Assembly: GCF_002633015.1 (NCBI RefSeq)
Contig: NZ_NSIU01000011.1
Location: forward strand, 5,184 to 69,183
Reading direction: 5' to 3'
Length of the DNA: 64,000 nt
Source of the DNA: Sulfuricurvum sp. PD_MW2
GTDB lineage: Bacteria; Campylobacterota; Campylobacteria; Campylobacterales; Sulfurimonadaceae
Shown here: one piece after another, positions 20,310 through 29,719 of the stretch
Position numbering within the stretch: the stretch's first letter is position 1
Layout: each line of letters starts with the position of its first letter
The notes under the pieces: model-generated
What the model saw: the letters and a program-made list of their open reading frames with translations, nothing else
What the model was told of the DNA's origin: nothing
The model's database searches: none
Made by a program: the position numbers and the translations under genes

Positions 20310-21731
20310 ATGAAACGTATTTTACTCACCGGAGCTAATGGGTACATCGGTCGACGGCTCAAGCATGTTTTGATGCAACAAGAAGATATCGAGCTTCGTC
20401 TTATGGTTCGGAACATTGGAAGTTTATCTCCGCAAGCCATTGAAAATACTCATGTGGTCAGCGGTGATGTACTTCGTCCAGAGACACTTGATAATGCACT
20501 CAAAGATATCGATGTAGCCTATTATTTGATTCATGGCCTTACCCATGGAAATTTTCGAGAGCTCGATCGCCAAAGTGCACAGAATTTTGTCGATGCATGT
20601 GCACGTCAAAATGTCAAAACGATAATTTATTTGGGTGGGTTAGGAGATAAAAAAACCGGTAGCGAACATCTGCTCAGTCGGATTGAAACAGGTGAAATCC
20701 TCAGTTCCAATCCCAATGTCCAATGCATCTGGTTTAGAGCGGGAATTATTATCGGGTCAGGAAGTGCCAGTTTTGAAATCATCCGTAACTTGGTGCAAAA
20801 GCTGCCTATCATGATCACCCCAAAATGTGTCTCTACACCAGTTACTGTCATAGGGGTAGATGACATTATCACCTATCTCACTTCGGCTCTCCACATTACG
20901 AACCACTCAAATCTCATGATTGATTTAGGTGAAGAGACCATGAGTTACGGAGACCTGATACTTCGCGTTGCAAAAACAATGGGATTGAATCGGCATATCA
21001 TTCCGATCAATGTCCTAACTCCCCATTTTTCGTCTTATTGGCTCACACTCTTTACCCCTGTACCCTATAATGTTGCCCGTTCATTGATCGAAGGGCTTCA
21101 TAGCGAAGTAACCGTTACCAATAATCTACGTCATGAGTATTTCACGATTAAACCCAAATCATTGGAAGAGACTGTCAAACGCTCTATCAGCGAAATTGAA
21201 TCCAACCAGGTTCTCAGCAGGTGGAGCGACAGCGGCTCTGGAGCCTGGGAAATCGATCATACTCACGATATTGCCGATGCACTTTTTATCGATCGGAGGA
21301 TGATTGATTTAAAAGATATCCCTCCTCAAAATGTTTATCGAAGCTTTTGTTCTATCGGAGGAGATAACGGCTGGTTTGGATACGACTGGCTTTGGAATAT
21401 ACGGGGATTTATCGATAAATTGTTCAAAGGAGCAGGGATCAACCGCGGACGGAGAGATCCTTCGAATCTTCGGATCGGAGATAGCGTTGATTTCTGGAAA
21501 GTAGTCGATTTAGTCGAAAATGAGCGGCTTTTACTGTTCGCACAAATGAAATTACCGGGGAAAGCGTGGCTAGAGTTTAAAATCCACGAAGGAAAATTGA
21601 TCCAAAGTGCCTATTTCTATCCTTATGGGATTATGGGACGTCTTTACTGGTACAGTCTCGTCCCTTTGCATTATCTCATTTTTACGAAGATGGCAAATGC
21701 CATCCTCAAACGCTCAATGCCGCTAGAATAA
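20310..21731 (+). CDS. Atypical SDR NAD(P)-binding protein with DUF2867 (YbjT-like)
   Basis: LLTGANGYIG, YYLIH, GSGSASFE, GDSVDFWKVV, MKLPGKAWLEF. Confidence 0.88.
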   Translation: MKRILLTGANGYIGRRLKHVLMQQEDIELRLMVRNIGSLSPQAIENTHVVSGDVLRPETLDNALKDIDVAYYLIHGLTHGNFRELDRQSAQNFVDACARQNVKTIIYLGGLGDKKTGSEHLLSRIETGEILSSNPNVQCIWFRAGIIIGSGSASFEIIRNLVQKLPIMITPKCVSTPVTVIGVDDIITYLTSALHITNHSNLMIDLGEETMSYGDLILRVAKTMGLNRHIIPINVLTPHFSSYWLTLFTPVPYNVARSLIEGLHSEVTVTNNLRHEYFTIKPKSLEETVKRSISEIESNQVLSRWSDSGSGAWEIDHTHDIADALFIDRRMIDLKDIPPQNVYRSFCSIGGDNGWFGYDWLWNIRGFIDKLFKGAGINRGRRDPSNLRIGDSVDFWKVVDLVENERLLLFAQMKLPGKAWLEFKIHEGKLIQSAYFYPYGIMGRLYWYSLVPLHYLIFTKMANAILKRSMPLE

Positions 21732-21735
21732 AGAC

Positions 21736-23382
21736 TTAGGCGTGAAAACGCCCAAGATTTTGATTCAATCCCTCTGCAATGTTGTAGAGATTTTCTGCGG
21801 TAGCAGCGATATCTTTCACTCCTCGTGCATTCTCTCGGGCAAGATTGTTCATAGCTGCTATACGCTGGGATATCTCTTCAACCTCTTTTGTATTGCTATC
21901 AGCATCTTGAACCAATTTTTTAATCGCTTCACTCGTATGCTGAACCACATCAGCAGTATGCGCGATTTTATCTCCGACAAGCTTGGATTTTTCTCCCAAC
22001 GATTCGATACTCTTCGCATTACGTTCCATTTGTTCTGAAGCTTCTTCGATCGATGATACGATAACCGAAATGGTAGCGTCGGTTTGGGTCAAACTCCCCT
22101 GTGTACGTTCGGCAAGTTTTCGAACCTCATCCGCAACAACGGCAAACCCTCTTCCATGTTCACCCGCGCGCGCTGCTTCGATAGCGGCGTTTAGTGCCAA
22201 GAGATTGGTTTGATCGGCTATTTCACCGATAACAGAGAGTACTTCACGTATTTGTCGGGCATTATTGGTCAATTCACGAATTCTTACGGCAAATTCTGCT
22301 TCTACCTCTACACTGTGATGAATCATATCGATCATGGTGTTCAACTCATTCTGAGATAGTTTTAATGTTTGGGTTGCAGAAACAACCTCTTTGCAGGTTG
22401 CTTCATTTTCTATTTTCGAAAGACTCAAATCGCGTATGATCTGTTCTGTTGTATGATGGATAGCATCCATTTGCACCGATTCATCTTCCATTCGACGACC
22501 GATTGCTAGGGAAGTTTTTGAGAGTTCCGTCGCAACGGATGTATTTTCATCCGAAGAACGCTTCGCATGTTGTACCATCGTTTGAATTACACTGATAAAT
22601 GCATTGATGGAGTTTGCCGTACGGGCAGGTTCATCCGATCCCAAAACTTTCAATCGCTTGGTCAGATCACCATTCCCACTTGCAAGTTCTTCAGCGACAC
22701 TTTGCATCATAGCGAGTTTATTAGCGATCGAACGTTCAATGAAAAATAATAACCCGGCAACAAATATCACCAAAATGACGATGCCGATAATTTTCATTAT
22801 CACCATATCCATAAATTCACTGTCAACATCATCGATATACACACCCGTTCCGACAATCCATCCCCATGCAGGAAAAGATCGTACAAACGTCAATTTTGGA
22901 AGCGGTGTTTCCGTATTAGGTTTTGGCCACATATAGGAGACGAATCCCTCTTTTTGCTCTTTGGCTACCTTGGCGAATTCGACAAATAAAAACTTCCCAT
23001 TCGGATCTTTAACACTGGTGAGATCGGTATTGTCCAATGCCGGTTTGATCGGATGCATCACTCCGCGTACCTGATCGTCCAAAATAAAAAAATACTCTTT
23101 CTCTTTGTATCGAAGCGTTTTGATATGTTCTTTAGCCGCTTCCTGAGCGCTTTCCAGACTCATACGCCCCTCTTTGACCTCATTTTCATAATGAGACAAC
23201 AAAGATGTTACCGTATCTATTTGCGATGTCAACATGGTCTTTTTTGAATCCATCAATCCATGTTTTGCAGAAATAAGAGACTCAATAGCTATAACAATAA
23301 GAGACAGGGAAACCAAAACGGAAACCAATGCCAATTTTGCTTTTATCGTCAATCGATCCATATCATCACCTCTTTGTTCCAT
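21736..23382 (-). CDS. Methyl-accepting chemotaxis protein with sCache_2 sensor
   Basis: Two [59 protein letters not shown]; alternative start 23361. Confidence 0.93.
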   Translation of the reverse strand: MEQRGDDMDRLTIKAKLALVSVLVSLSLIVIAIESLISAKHGLMDSKKTMLTSQIDTVTSLLSHYENEVKEGRMSLESAQEAAKEHIKTLRYKEKEYFFILDDQVRGVMHPIKPALDNTDLTSVKDPNGKFLFVEFAKVAKEQKEGFVSYMWPKPNTETPLPKLTFVRSFPAWGWIVGTGVYIDDVDSEFMDMVIMKIIGIVILVIFVAGLLFFIERSIANKLAMMQSVAEELASGNGDLTKRLKVLGSDEPARTANSINAFISVIQTMVQHAKRSSDENTSVATELSKTSLAIGRRMEDESVQMDAIHHTTEQIIRDLSLSKIENEATCKEVVSATQTLKLSQNELNTMIDMIHHSVEVEAEFAVRIRELTNNARQIREVLSVIGEIADQTNLLALNAAIEAARAGEHGRGFAVVADEVRKLAERTQGSLTQTDATISVIVSSIEEASEQMERNAKSIESLGEKSKLVGDKIAHTADVVQHTSEAIKKLVQDADSNTKEVEEISQRIAAMNNLARENARGVKDIAATAENLYNIAEGLNQNLGRFHA

Positions 23383-23394
23383 TTAAAATAGAAC

Positions 23395-23428
23395 ATTATA
23401 ATCACAAAATGTTGCAAGAGTATAGCAA
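23395..23428 (-). promoter_or_regulatory. TGCAAC direct-repeat promoter, site 1
   Basis: ttgctat-actc-ttgcaac, 10 nt, TATAAT; points at the sCache MCP. Confidence 0.65.
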
Positions 23429-23465
23429 CAATGGTTAAAATAAATAAAAATTCGTCATTGCGTCG

Positions 23466-23912
23466 TTATTTTAATGCTTCCAAAATGACATGATCTTCCA
23501 AATCGATCTCATCGTTTTCCAAAATCGGATCTAACGCATGCATCCCATACGGATAAGAAGATCTTGGATCACCTGTAATCAAAGGATGCCACGATGGCAA
23601 CGGCTCACCTCGATAACGGAGGCGATAAGCACACGTTTGCGGAAGCCATTCAAACTCTTTTACCCTCTCCAATGTGAGTTTCATACACCCTTCAACCTTC
23701 TGGTGACGATTGGCATAATCACTGCATAAACGACCTTCAATGTTATAACAGCGACATGCAACACGAGTAAGATAGATTTCATCATCCTCTTCGTCCTGCA
23801 GTCGATGCAAACAACATAATCCGCATCCATCACATAATAATTCCCATTCCTGAGTTGTTAATTCTTCGAGTTTTTTTGTTTCCCAAAACGGGGCAGTAGT
23901 AGTATTTTCCAT
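23466..23912 (-). CDS. ycgN: YcgN/UPF0260 cysteine-cluster protein
   Basis: WELLCDGCGLCC, TRVAC, CSDYANR, WLPQTCAYR, WHPL. Confidence 0.88.
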   Translation of the reverse strand: MENTTTAPFWETKKLEELTTQEWELLCDGCGLCCLHRLQDEEDDEIYLTRVACRCYNIEGRLCSDYANRHQKVEGCMKLTLERVKEFEWLPQTCAYRLRYRGEPLPSWHPLITGDPRSSYPYGMHALDPILENDEIDLEDHVILEALK

Positions 23913-23997
23913 AACCGAAAAATAGCATATTTAGGGTTAAAACCGAGTATTTAGCCTATTATTTGGGTATGATGAGGATACTAAAAAAGGATATCGC

Positions 23998-24456
23998 ATG
24001 ACAACTGAACAACCATTGGATGAACTTCTGCGCGAATGTGCAAACTCGGTAGGAGGAAAAAACTTTTTCCTCACCCTCGCCGAAACGATCCGATCTACCC
24101 GCGAGGGGATTCTCGTCGGTGAGAAAAAACAGATTAACTACTCCAGCGGAACAATGACATGGAACAAAACGCTTCATGCCGACAACTGGAGATTATTGAT
24201 CGAATCAGCCAAAGTGCGCACTAAAGACGGCAATATTTTGCTCCCGGTAGAAGACAAACGACACAAAAACATCCTCAACATGATCCGAACCCTTAAACCG
24301 CTAACCTTTACCGTAAAACCAAACAACAGCGAGGATGGAGAGGGATTTAGTTTTGCCGCGCTTGAAGTGATCGATGAGAAAACAACACGGGTTTCTCCGC
24401 TGTTCAAAGCGATGTTTACGATGCCGATCGAGGTATTAAAAAAGAATATGGGATAA
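23998..24456 (+). CDS. Hypothetical protein
   Basis: 152 aa ORF after an AAGGA SD; no family recognised. Confidence 0.7.
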   Translation: MTTEQPLDELLRECANSVGGKNFFLTLAETIRSTREGILVGEKKQINYSSGTMTWNKTLHADNWRLLIESAKVRTKDGNILLPVEDKRHKNILNMIRTLKPLTFTVKPNNSEDGEGFSFAALEVIDEKTTRVSPLFKAMFTMPIEVLKKNMG

Positions 24457-24486
24457 AAAAAGGGATTGTTTTTAAGACGAAAGAGG

Positions 24487-24563
<77 letters not shown>

Positions 24564-24608
24564 ATCACAAGTCGAATTTTATCACTCATACCCTTAAAAG
24601 TTCATTTA

Positions 24609-25067
24609 TTAGTGTAGTGGAACATACGCATACCCCTCGTTTTGCCACTTGACCAATCCGACCATTGCCGATTTAATCGGTGTGACAAAAGGGTATAAAT
24701 CTTGACTCAATATCCCCCTTTTATGCATCCCCGACATACACACTTCCAAATGAATTCGATATTTTTTTACCATCTCTTCGAGACGTTGTTGAATCACTTC
24801 TTGATGTTTGACGAGTGATTCATCGAGTCCGTACGATGTATTATTCAAATTTTGAACAAAAAACTTGTATGCATCGCCATGTATCACAACAGCTACATCA
24901 ACCATGTCTCCTTGGGAACTGAAATAATCAATCGTTCCGGGAAGACCGTTCAAAAATGCTTTATCGAAAGATTCAAAATCACCGGTTTTTAAATCTATCA
25001 TCATTTTTTTCGTCTCTGCAAAAGAGAAACTCACCATACATAAAAACAAAACAATTAAAATACGCAT
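24609..25067 (-). CDS. Exported DsrE/DsrF-like family protein
   Basis: Signal peptide, VAVVIHGDA, LEVCMSGM, QNEGYAYV. Confidence 0.75.
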   Translation of the reverse strand: MRILIVLFLCMVSFSFAETKKMMIDLKTGDFESFDKAFLNGLPGTIDYFSSQGDMVDVAVVIHGDAYKFFVQNLNNTSYGLDESLVKHQEVIQQRLEEMVKKYRIHLEVCMSGMHKRGILSQDLYPFVTPIKSAMVGLVKWQNEGYAYVPLH

Positions 25068-25195
25068 CTACAATTTATCCTTATCTGAATATCTACCTAT
25101 CTATTTTATCGTGACGCATTATTGTAAAAATAGTGTAAATTATTCGTCACTTACCAAGCTTTATCTGTATAATTCGGAAATTATTTGAAACTATT

Positions 25196-25792
25196 TTGAT
25201 ACACATCGGATACCCTTTTATGAGAACTCAACGCTTACCCTTCGGCAAACAAAATCCTGATAAGAAAAATGCCGTTTTTTTAGCCATCTATGTGGATGCA
25301 ATTTCCCCATGGCGCTACTTTAAAGATGATATGCAGCACATCAAATGCCCTGCTTTAATAATGATTGATAGATGGGATGGACGCATGGGATTTCCGGGAG
25401 GAACAGTCAATGACGGGGAAAATCTCACAGAAGCACTGATACGGGAGATCAAAGAAGAAATAGGTATCACGATCAAACCTGAAAAAGTCCATCCGATCGT
25501 AACACACGAGACTCGTATTGTTACTCACCTCTATGGATTAAAGGTCTTAGAAGTCGAATTTTTGCACATCTATTACCATATACTCAACAACTTCTCCCGC
25601 TCAATCCTTTTGCACGCGTATGAAGAAGGGGACGATTCTCATTTTATGTCGGAGATTACAGGGATCAAAATCGTCCCACTGTTACAGCACGACAACAAAG
25701 GGATCAACCGTTTTCTCGAAAACTCTTTTGCCGGTTCATCACGAGATGATTTAGACGTATTGCTCAAAGAAGTTTTTAACCTCAAAGTTTAA
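25196..25792 (+). CDS. NUDIX hydrolase, NUDT16-like
   Basis: Full Nudix box GTVNDGENLTEALIREIKEEIG preceded by RWDGRMGFPG; C-terminal FLENSFAGSSR; start uncertain (TTG 25196 or ATG 25219). Confidence 0.88.
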   Translation: MIHIGYPFMRTQRLPFGKQNPDKKNAVFLAIYVDAISPWRYFKDDMQHIKCPALIMIDRWDGRMGFPGGTVNDGENLTEALIREIKEEIGITIKPEKVHPIVTHETRIVTHLYGLKVLEVEFLHIYYHILNNFSRSILLHAYEEGDDSHFMSEITGIKIVPLLQHDNKGINRFLENSFAGSSRDDLDVLLKEVFNLKV

Positions 25793-26502
25793 TGGATTCG
25801 TTTACCGACAATATCACCAAAAAACAATACATCTTCTAAAATGGCTCTCTCAGATAGGCCATCTCTGCCGAGATTAATCAACAGTTCTCCTTGAGCACTG
25901 GAGAAAATACGGTCATTCAAAACAACTTTCAAAAATTCCCCATCATCCGTCTCAAGCTTTTGTTTCATCTCGGAAAGAGCCTCGCTTTGGGGAAATGAGA
26001 CATTGATCCGACCATCTTTGCGGTTTCCGCCAATAACATAAAAATCCCGATCATGCCGCTCTTTGAGATAGTGTTTAAAATTAAAAAAGAGTGTTAGAAT
26101 GTCTTCGGAAGCGTAAAAATCATTTTTGACTTTATCCCATTCATCGCTTTGAATATTTTCACACCATACCGTTTTATTGGGATGGTCAAACGTATAAATT
26201 TTGGTCGTTTTTTTCGAATCGGTACGACGGATTTTGATGTATTTTTGAGGAAGCAATATCCCATTAACGATCCGTCCATGACTCTCATACGTTTCAACGC
26301 GATTATTCGTCAATACTTTTGCGATACCTGTCGTTCTCGCTTCGATACGGATCGAATAGGTATCGTCATCACGGGTTTCAAAACGGGCATCTGCCACCCC
26401 GAGGGCTTGAAAAATTCCATACGATACTTCATACGTTGCAGTCACTACTTTGGCATACGAGATCTGAATCAGTACTATCACCAAAAAAACGATCTTTTTC
26501 AT
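25789..26502 (-). CDS. DUF3108-like exported protein
   Basis: Signal peptide, YEVSYG..G.A, YESHG..P.KY, DILTLFF. Confidence 0.65.
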   Translation of the reverse strand: MKKIVFLVIVLIQISYAKVVTATYEVSYGIFQALGVADARFETRDDDTYSIRIEARTTGIAKVLTNNRVETYESHGRIVNGILLPQKYIKIRRTDSKKTTKIYTFDHPNKTVWCENIQSDEWDKVKNDFYASEDILTLFFNFKHYLKERHDRDFYVIGGNRKDGRINVSFPQSEALSEMKQKLETDDGEFLKVVLNDRIFSSAQGELLINLGRDGLSERAILEDVLFFGDIVGKRIH

Positions 26503-26554
26503 TCTCTCATCCTTTGGTGATAGAATAGTCTCTTATTGTGAATCTTTTGCGAAA

Positions 26555-26956
26555 TTACAACTTCAGCAATAATGAGCCCGCCCCTTTGGAGACTATCCCC
26601 AAAGGTACTTTGATCCCCTCTTGCATATGATCAGCAAAGATTCGATTGAGCCATACGCGATTGGTCTGTACTTTTTGGAGAATCAAATATTCCTCTTTAT
26701 CTTCTGTAAGGGTAGTGTATGAACCGATATCCACATTCAAAGGCTGTTTTTCCCCTTCCGGAAACAAATTGAAGCGGAGCGTTTTTTTGCTTGTATCGAC
26801 GATCACATTCTCCACTTTTCCGTATCCACGAGTATTGAAATACATCGAAACGGCAGATGTAAGAATTTTGGAGCGAATCGAATCGATTGTAGAAAGATCG
26901 GCAGAGTACAAAGGAGCCAAGCCTAAAAAGAGTATTACTATCAAACGTGTCAGCAT
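26555..26956 (-). CDS. Hypothetical exported protein
   Basis: Signal peptide; TATAAT upstream; no family recognised. Confidence 0.65.
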   Translation of the reverse strand: MLTRLIVILFLGLAPLYSADLSTIDSIRSKILTSAVSMYFNTRGYGKVENVIVDTSKKTLRFNLFPEGEKQPLNVDIGSYTTLTEDKEEYLILQKVQTNRVWLNRIFADHMQEGIKVPLGIVSKGAGSLLLKL

Positions 26957-27070
26957 AATTACCTCGTTATATAAAAGTGCAATTATAGCTCCAAGGGGTT
27001 AAAAGAGTACTTCCCATCATTACTTTTTAAAGGTACACTGTCACTTATTTTTACTCTACAGGATAGATAA

Positions 27071-27829
27071 ATGACTCAAATTCTTGTTTTTGCCGTTGTG
27101 GCACTCCTTTTTTACTGGCTCTCCCGAAGCTTTTCTCAAAATCAGCATACCTATACCCGCAACCAGTTTGCCGGATTCAAACTCACCAAAGAGAACCTCG
27201 CGTACAGTGAGTTGGGCCTCTTTGTCGCTTTGAGTGCAAAAATCGCCAAAGCCGACGGTCGGGTTGATGAACTCGAAGCCGAGCTTATCGGAAATATGTT
27301 CAATGACATCAGTGCCCTCTTCCCAGATCCCGAAGCGACCAAAAAACTTCTCAAAGAGATTTTTGATGAAGAAAAAAATGCGCCTCACAATATCGATCCC
27401 GTAGCACAGGCTTTGTATCAAGCGCTCCAAAACGATGCGCATAAGCGTCAAAAGATGATGGAGTTTTTAGTCCATCTCACCTACATCGACGGAACTCTCA
27501 GCCATGCGGAAGAAGAGATGCTGCGTGTTATAGCCAATCATATGCAATTTCATGCAGATGAACTTGCCGCAATGTTGGAGCGCTTTGGATCGTACCATCG
27601 CAACAGTGTCAAAGAGAGTTCGATTGATCAGGCCTATTCCATGTTGAATCTCACCTCCAGTGCGACCAATGATGAGATCAAAAAAGCATACCGTGCACTG
27701 GTACGGGAATACCATCCCGATATCATTAAGTCACAAGGTGCATCCGATGAGTATCTTAAAGAGGCAACTGAAAAAGTCCAAGAGATCAATGCAGCCTATG
27801 AAATGATCAAAAAAACACGCGGGATGTAA
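27071..27829 (+). CDS. djlA: DjlA co-chaperone (TM, TerB-like, J domain)
   Basis: AKIAKADGRVDELE; J domain IKKAYRALVREYHPD...INAAYEMI. Confidence 0.88.
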   Translation: MTQILVFAVVALLFYWLSRSFSQNQHTYTRNQFAGFKLTKENLAYSELGLFVALSAKIAKADGRVDELEAELIGNMFNDISALFPDPEATKKLLKEIFDEEKNAPHNIDPVAQALYQALQNDAHKRQKMMEFLVHLTYIDGTLSHAEEEMLRVIANHMQFHADELAAMLERFGSYHRNSVKESSIDQAYSMLNLTSSATNDEIKKAYRALVREYHPDIIKSQGASDEYLKEATEKVQEINAAYEMIKKTRGM

Positions 27830-27840
27830 AAGGAGAGACT

Positions 27841-28251
27841 ATGGATAAAAAACGTCTGTTAAATGGTGCGTTTTGGATTATCTTTATTGGATTATTGGGG
27901 GTATTTGCCTATACGAAAGGGTGGATTTTAACCAATTTTGAATCCATATCCTCGACACAAGCGTATAATTTACTACAATCAAATGAAAACGTAGCCATAC
28001 TGGACGTCCGTACTCCGCAGGAGTATTCAGAAGGGCATATTGAAGGTGCAATTTTAGCCCCCGTACAAACATTACAAAATGATCTTGCTCAAATTGCCAA
28101 AGTGAAAAATCAAAAAATTATTGTTTATTGCCATAGCGGCAATCGCAGCGTTGCCGCCTCTCGAATACTGGTGCAAAACGGTTTTACACCGTTCAATCTC
28201 AAAGGGGGTATTACCGACTGGAAAGCGAACGGGTTTGCTACGGTTCAATAA
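27841..28251 (+). CDS. Membrane-anchored rhodanese-domain protein
   Basis: LDVRTPQEY..GHIEGA, YCHSGNRS, LKGGITDW. Confidence 0.9.
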   Translation: MDKKRLLNGAFWIIFIGLLGVFAYTKGWILTNFESISSTQAYNLLQSNENVAILDVRTPQEYSEGHIEGAILAPVQTLQNDLAQIAKVKNQKIIVYCHSGNRSVAASRILVQNGFTPFNLKGGITDWKANGFATVQ

Positions 28252-28254
28252 TCT

Positions 28255-29493
28255 TTACTGAACGTAAAGGTTATTCCCCCCTGCAGCTTTTGCCTGCGCC
28301 AATGCACTGTCCGCTTCATCGATTGTATCGTTTAGGGTATCTTCGGGATGAAATACGGCTCCGATTGAAATACTCAAAAGAATCTCTTCTTCAGCGAGAT
28401 GAAGAGGGACAAAAGCAACTTTTTGCCGTATCAGATCTAAAAGTTCCATTGCACTATCACGCGTATGGTTTTTCAAAACAAGACAAAATTCATCTCCCTC
28501 AAAACGGGCTAAAATATCCTGATAATCAATGCTCGATCGGATAATGTCCGCTATCTGTATGACGATTTTATCCCCTGTTTCCTCTCCATGAAGGGCGTAG
28601 AGATGCCGATAATTATCAATACTAATCATTGCCGTTACAAACTCTTCCTCTTCAGAAAAACAAGATTCCATCATCGTATAAAAGTGGCGGCGATTATAAA
28701 GTCCCGTCAAAAAATCACGTTTGCTGTAGTGGGTAATCATATCAATGTTTTCTAATGCTTCAATCGCATTATTGAGCCGGCAGGAAAATTCCTCTTTGCT
28801 AAAAGGTTTATTGATAAAATCGTTCGCTCCGTGTTTAAGCAACATGGCTGATACGTCCGAATCCTCGGTTGAGGAGAGTACAAAAACACAAAGCTGATCT
28901 TTTGTGTATTTTTTACGTACTGCTTTTGTAAGTTCCAATCCGTCCATTACCGGCATATTATAATCGGTAATAATCATTTTGATATCCGGATTTTCTTCCA
29001 AAATGAGCATAGCTTCTTCTCCGTGAGCCAATGCGTACACTTGGAAAAAGAGGTTCTCTACCATCTTTTTCATCTGATTTCGGAAAATCGACGAATCATC
29101 GACAACCATCACTTTATGGGCACGGTTTTTGAGGAGCCTTCTGATCGTATCGATCACATAATCGATATCATCGATCCCCCCTTTGTGAACATAATCGATA
29201 ATATCTTTTTTCAGTATCGCTTTTCGAAACTCTTTGTCCACGCTCCCGGTCAAAACGATGGAAGGGATACGTTTTTTGAGCATGGCATCCACAATTTCAC
29301 CATTGGGTGCATCAGGGAGATTGAGATCGATAATGGCAAGAGTATACGTATACTTGTGGCTAAAAAGTTCTGCTTCCGCAAGAGAATAAGCCATATCGAC
29401 TTCTAATCCAAGTTCATTTTTTACTTTTAACATTACCAGTTTTGATAAGGTTTTGTTGTCATCAACTAATAAAACTCTTTCTTCTTTGACCAT
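28255..29493 (-). CDS. REC-REC-GGDEF response regulator (CbrR-like) with degenerate active site
   Basis: Two receiver domains, DFLTGLYNRR, RFEGDEF. Confidence 0.85.
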   Translation of the reverse strand: MVKEERVLLVDDNKTLSKLVMLKVKNELGLEVDMAYSLAEAELFSHKYTYTLAIIDLNLPDAPNGEIVDAMLKKRIPSIVLTGSVDKEFRKAILKKDIIDYVHKGGIDDIDYVIDTIRRLLKNRAHKVMVVDDSSIFRNQMKKMVENLFFQVYALAHGEEAMLILEENPDIKMIITDYNMPVMDGLELTKAVRKKYTKDQLCVFVLSSTEDSDVSAMLLKHGANDFINKPFSKEEFSCRLNNAIEALENIDMITHYSKRDFLTGLYNRRHFYTMMESCFSEEEEFVTAMISIDNYRHLYALHGEETGDKIVIQIADIIRSSIDYQDILARFEGDEFCLVLKNHTRDSAMELLDLIRQKVAFVPLHLAEEEILLSISIGAVFHPEDTLNDTIDEADSALAQAKAAGGNNLYVQ

Positions 29494-29649
29494 GGTCCAT
29501 TTCTTTGTATGTTAGTTCAATGTAATATAAACGGCATTCTAACATAGTAACGCTGTTGTCACTGAATATTCGGTTTTCTCTCTTTCGATTTGAACGCTTT
29601 ATCATAAAAATATTATATTTGTCTCACAAAAATATGGGATTTTGTTATT

Positions 29650-29683
29650 TTGCAACACACTTGCGACACAAAAGGGAAATAAT
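29650..29683 (+). promoter_or_regulatory. TGCAAC direct-repeat promoter, site 2
   Basis: ttgcaac-acac-ttgcgac, 10 nt, AATAAT. Confidence 0.65.
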
Positions 29684-29719
29684 TAGTATACGTAACAGTA
29701 TTAGAGAAGGAGGTTTTTC

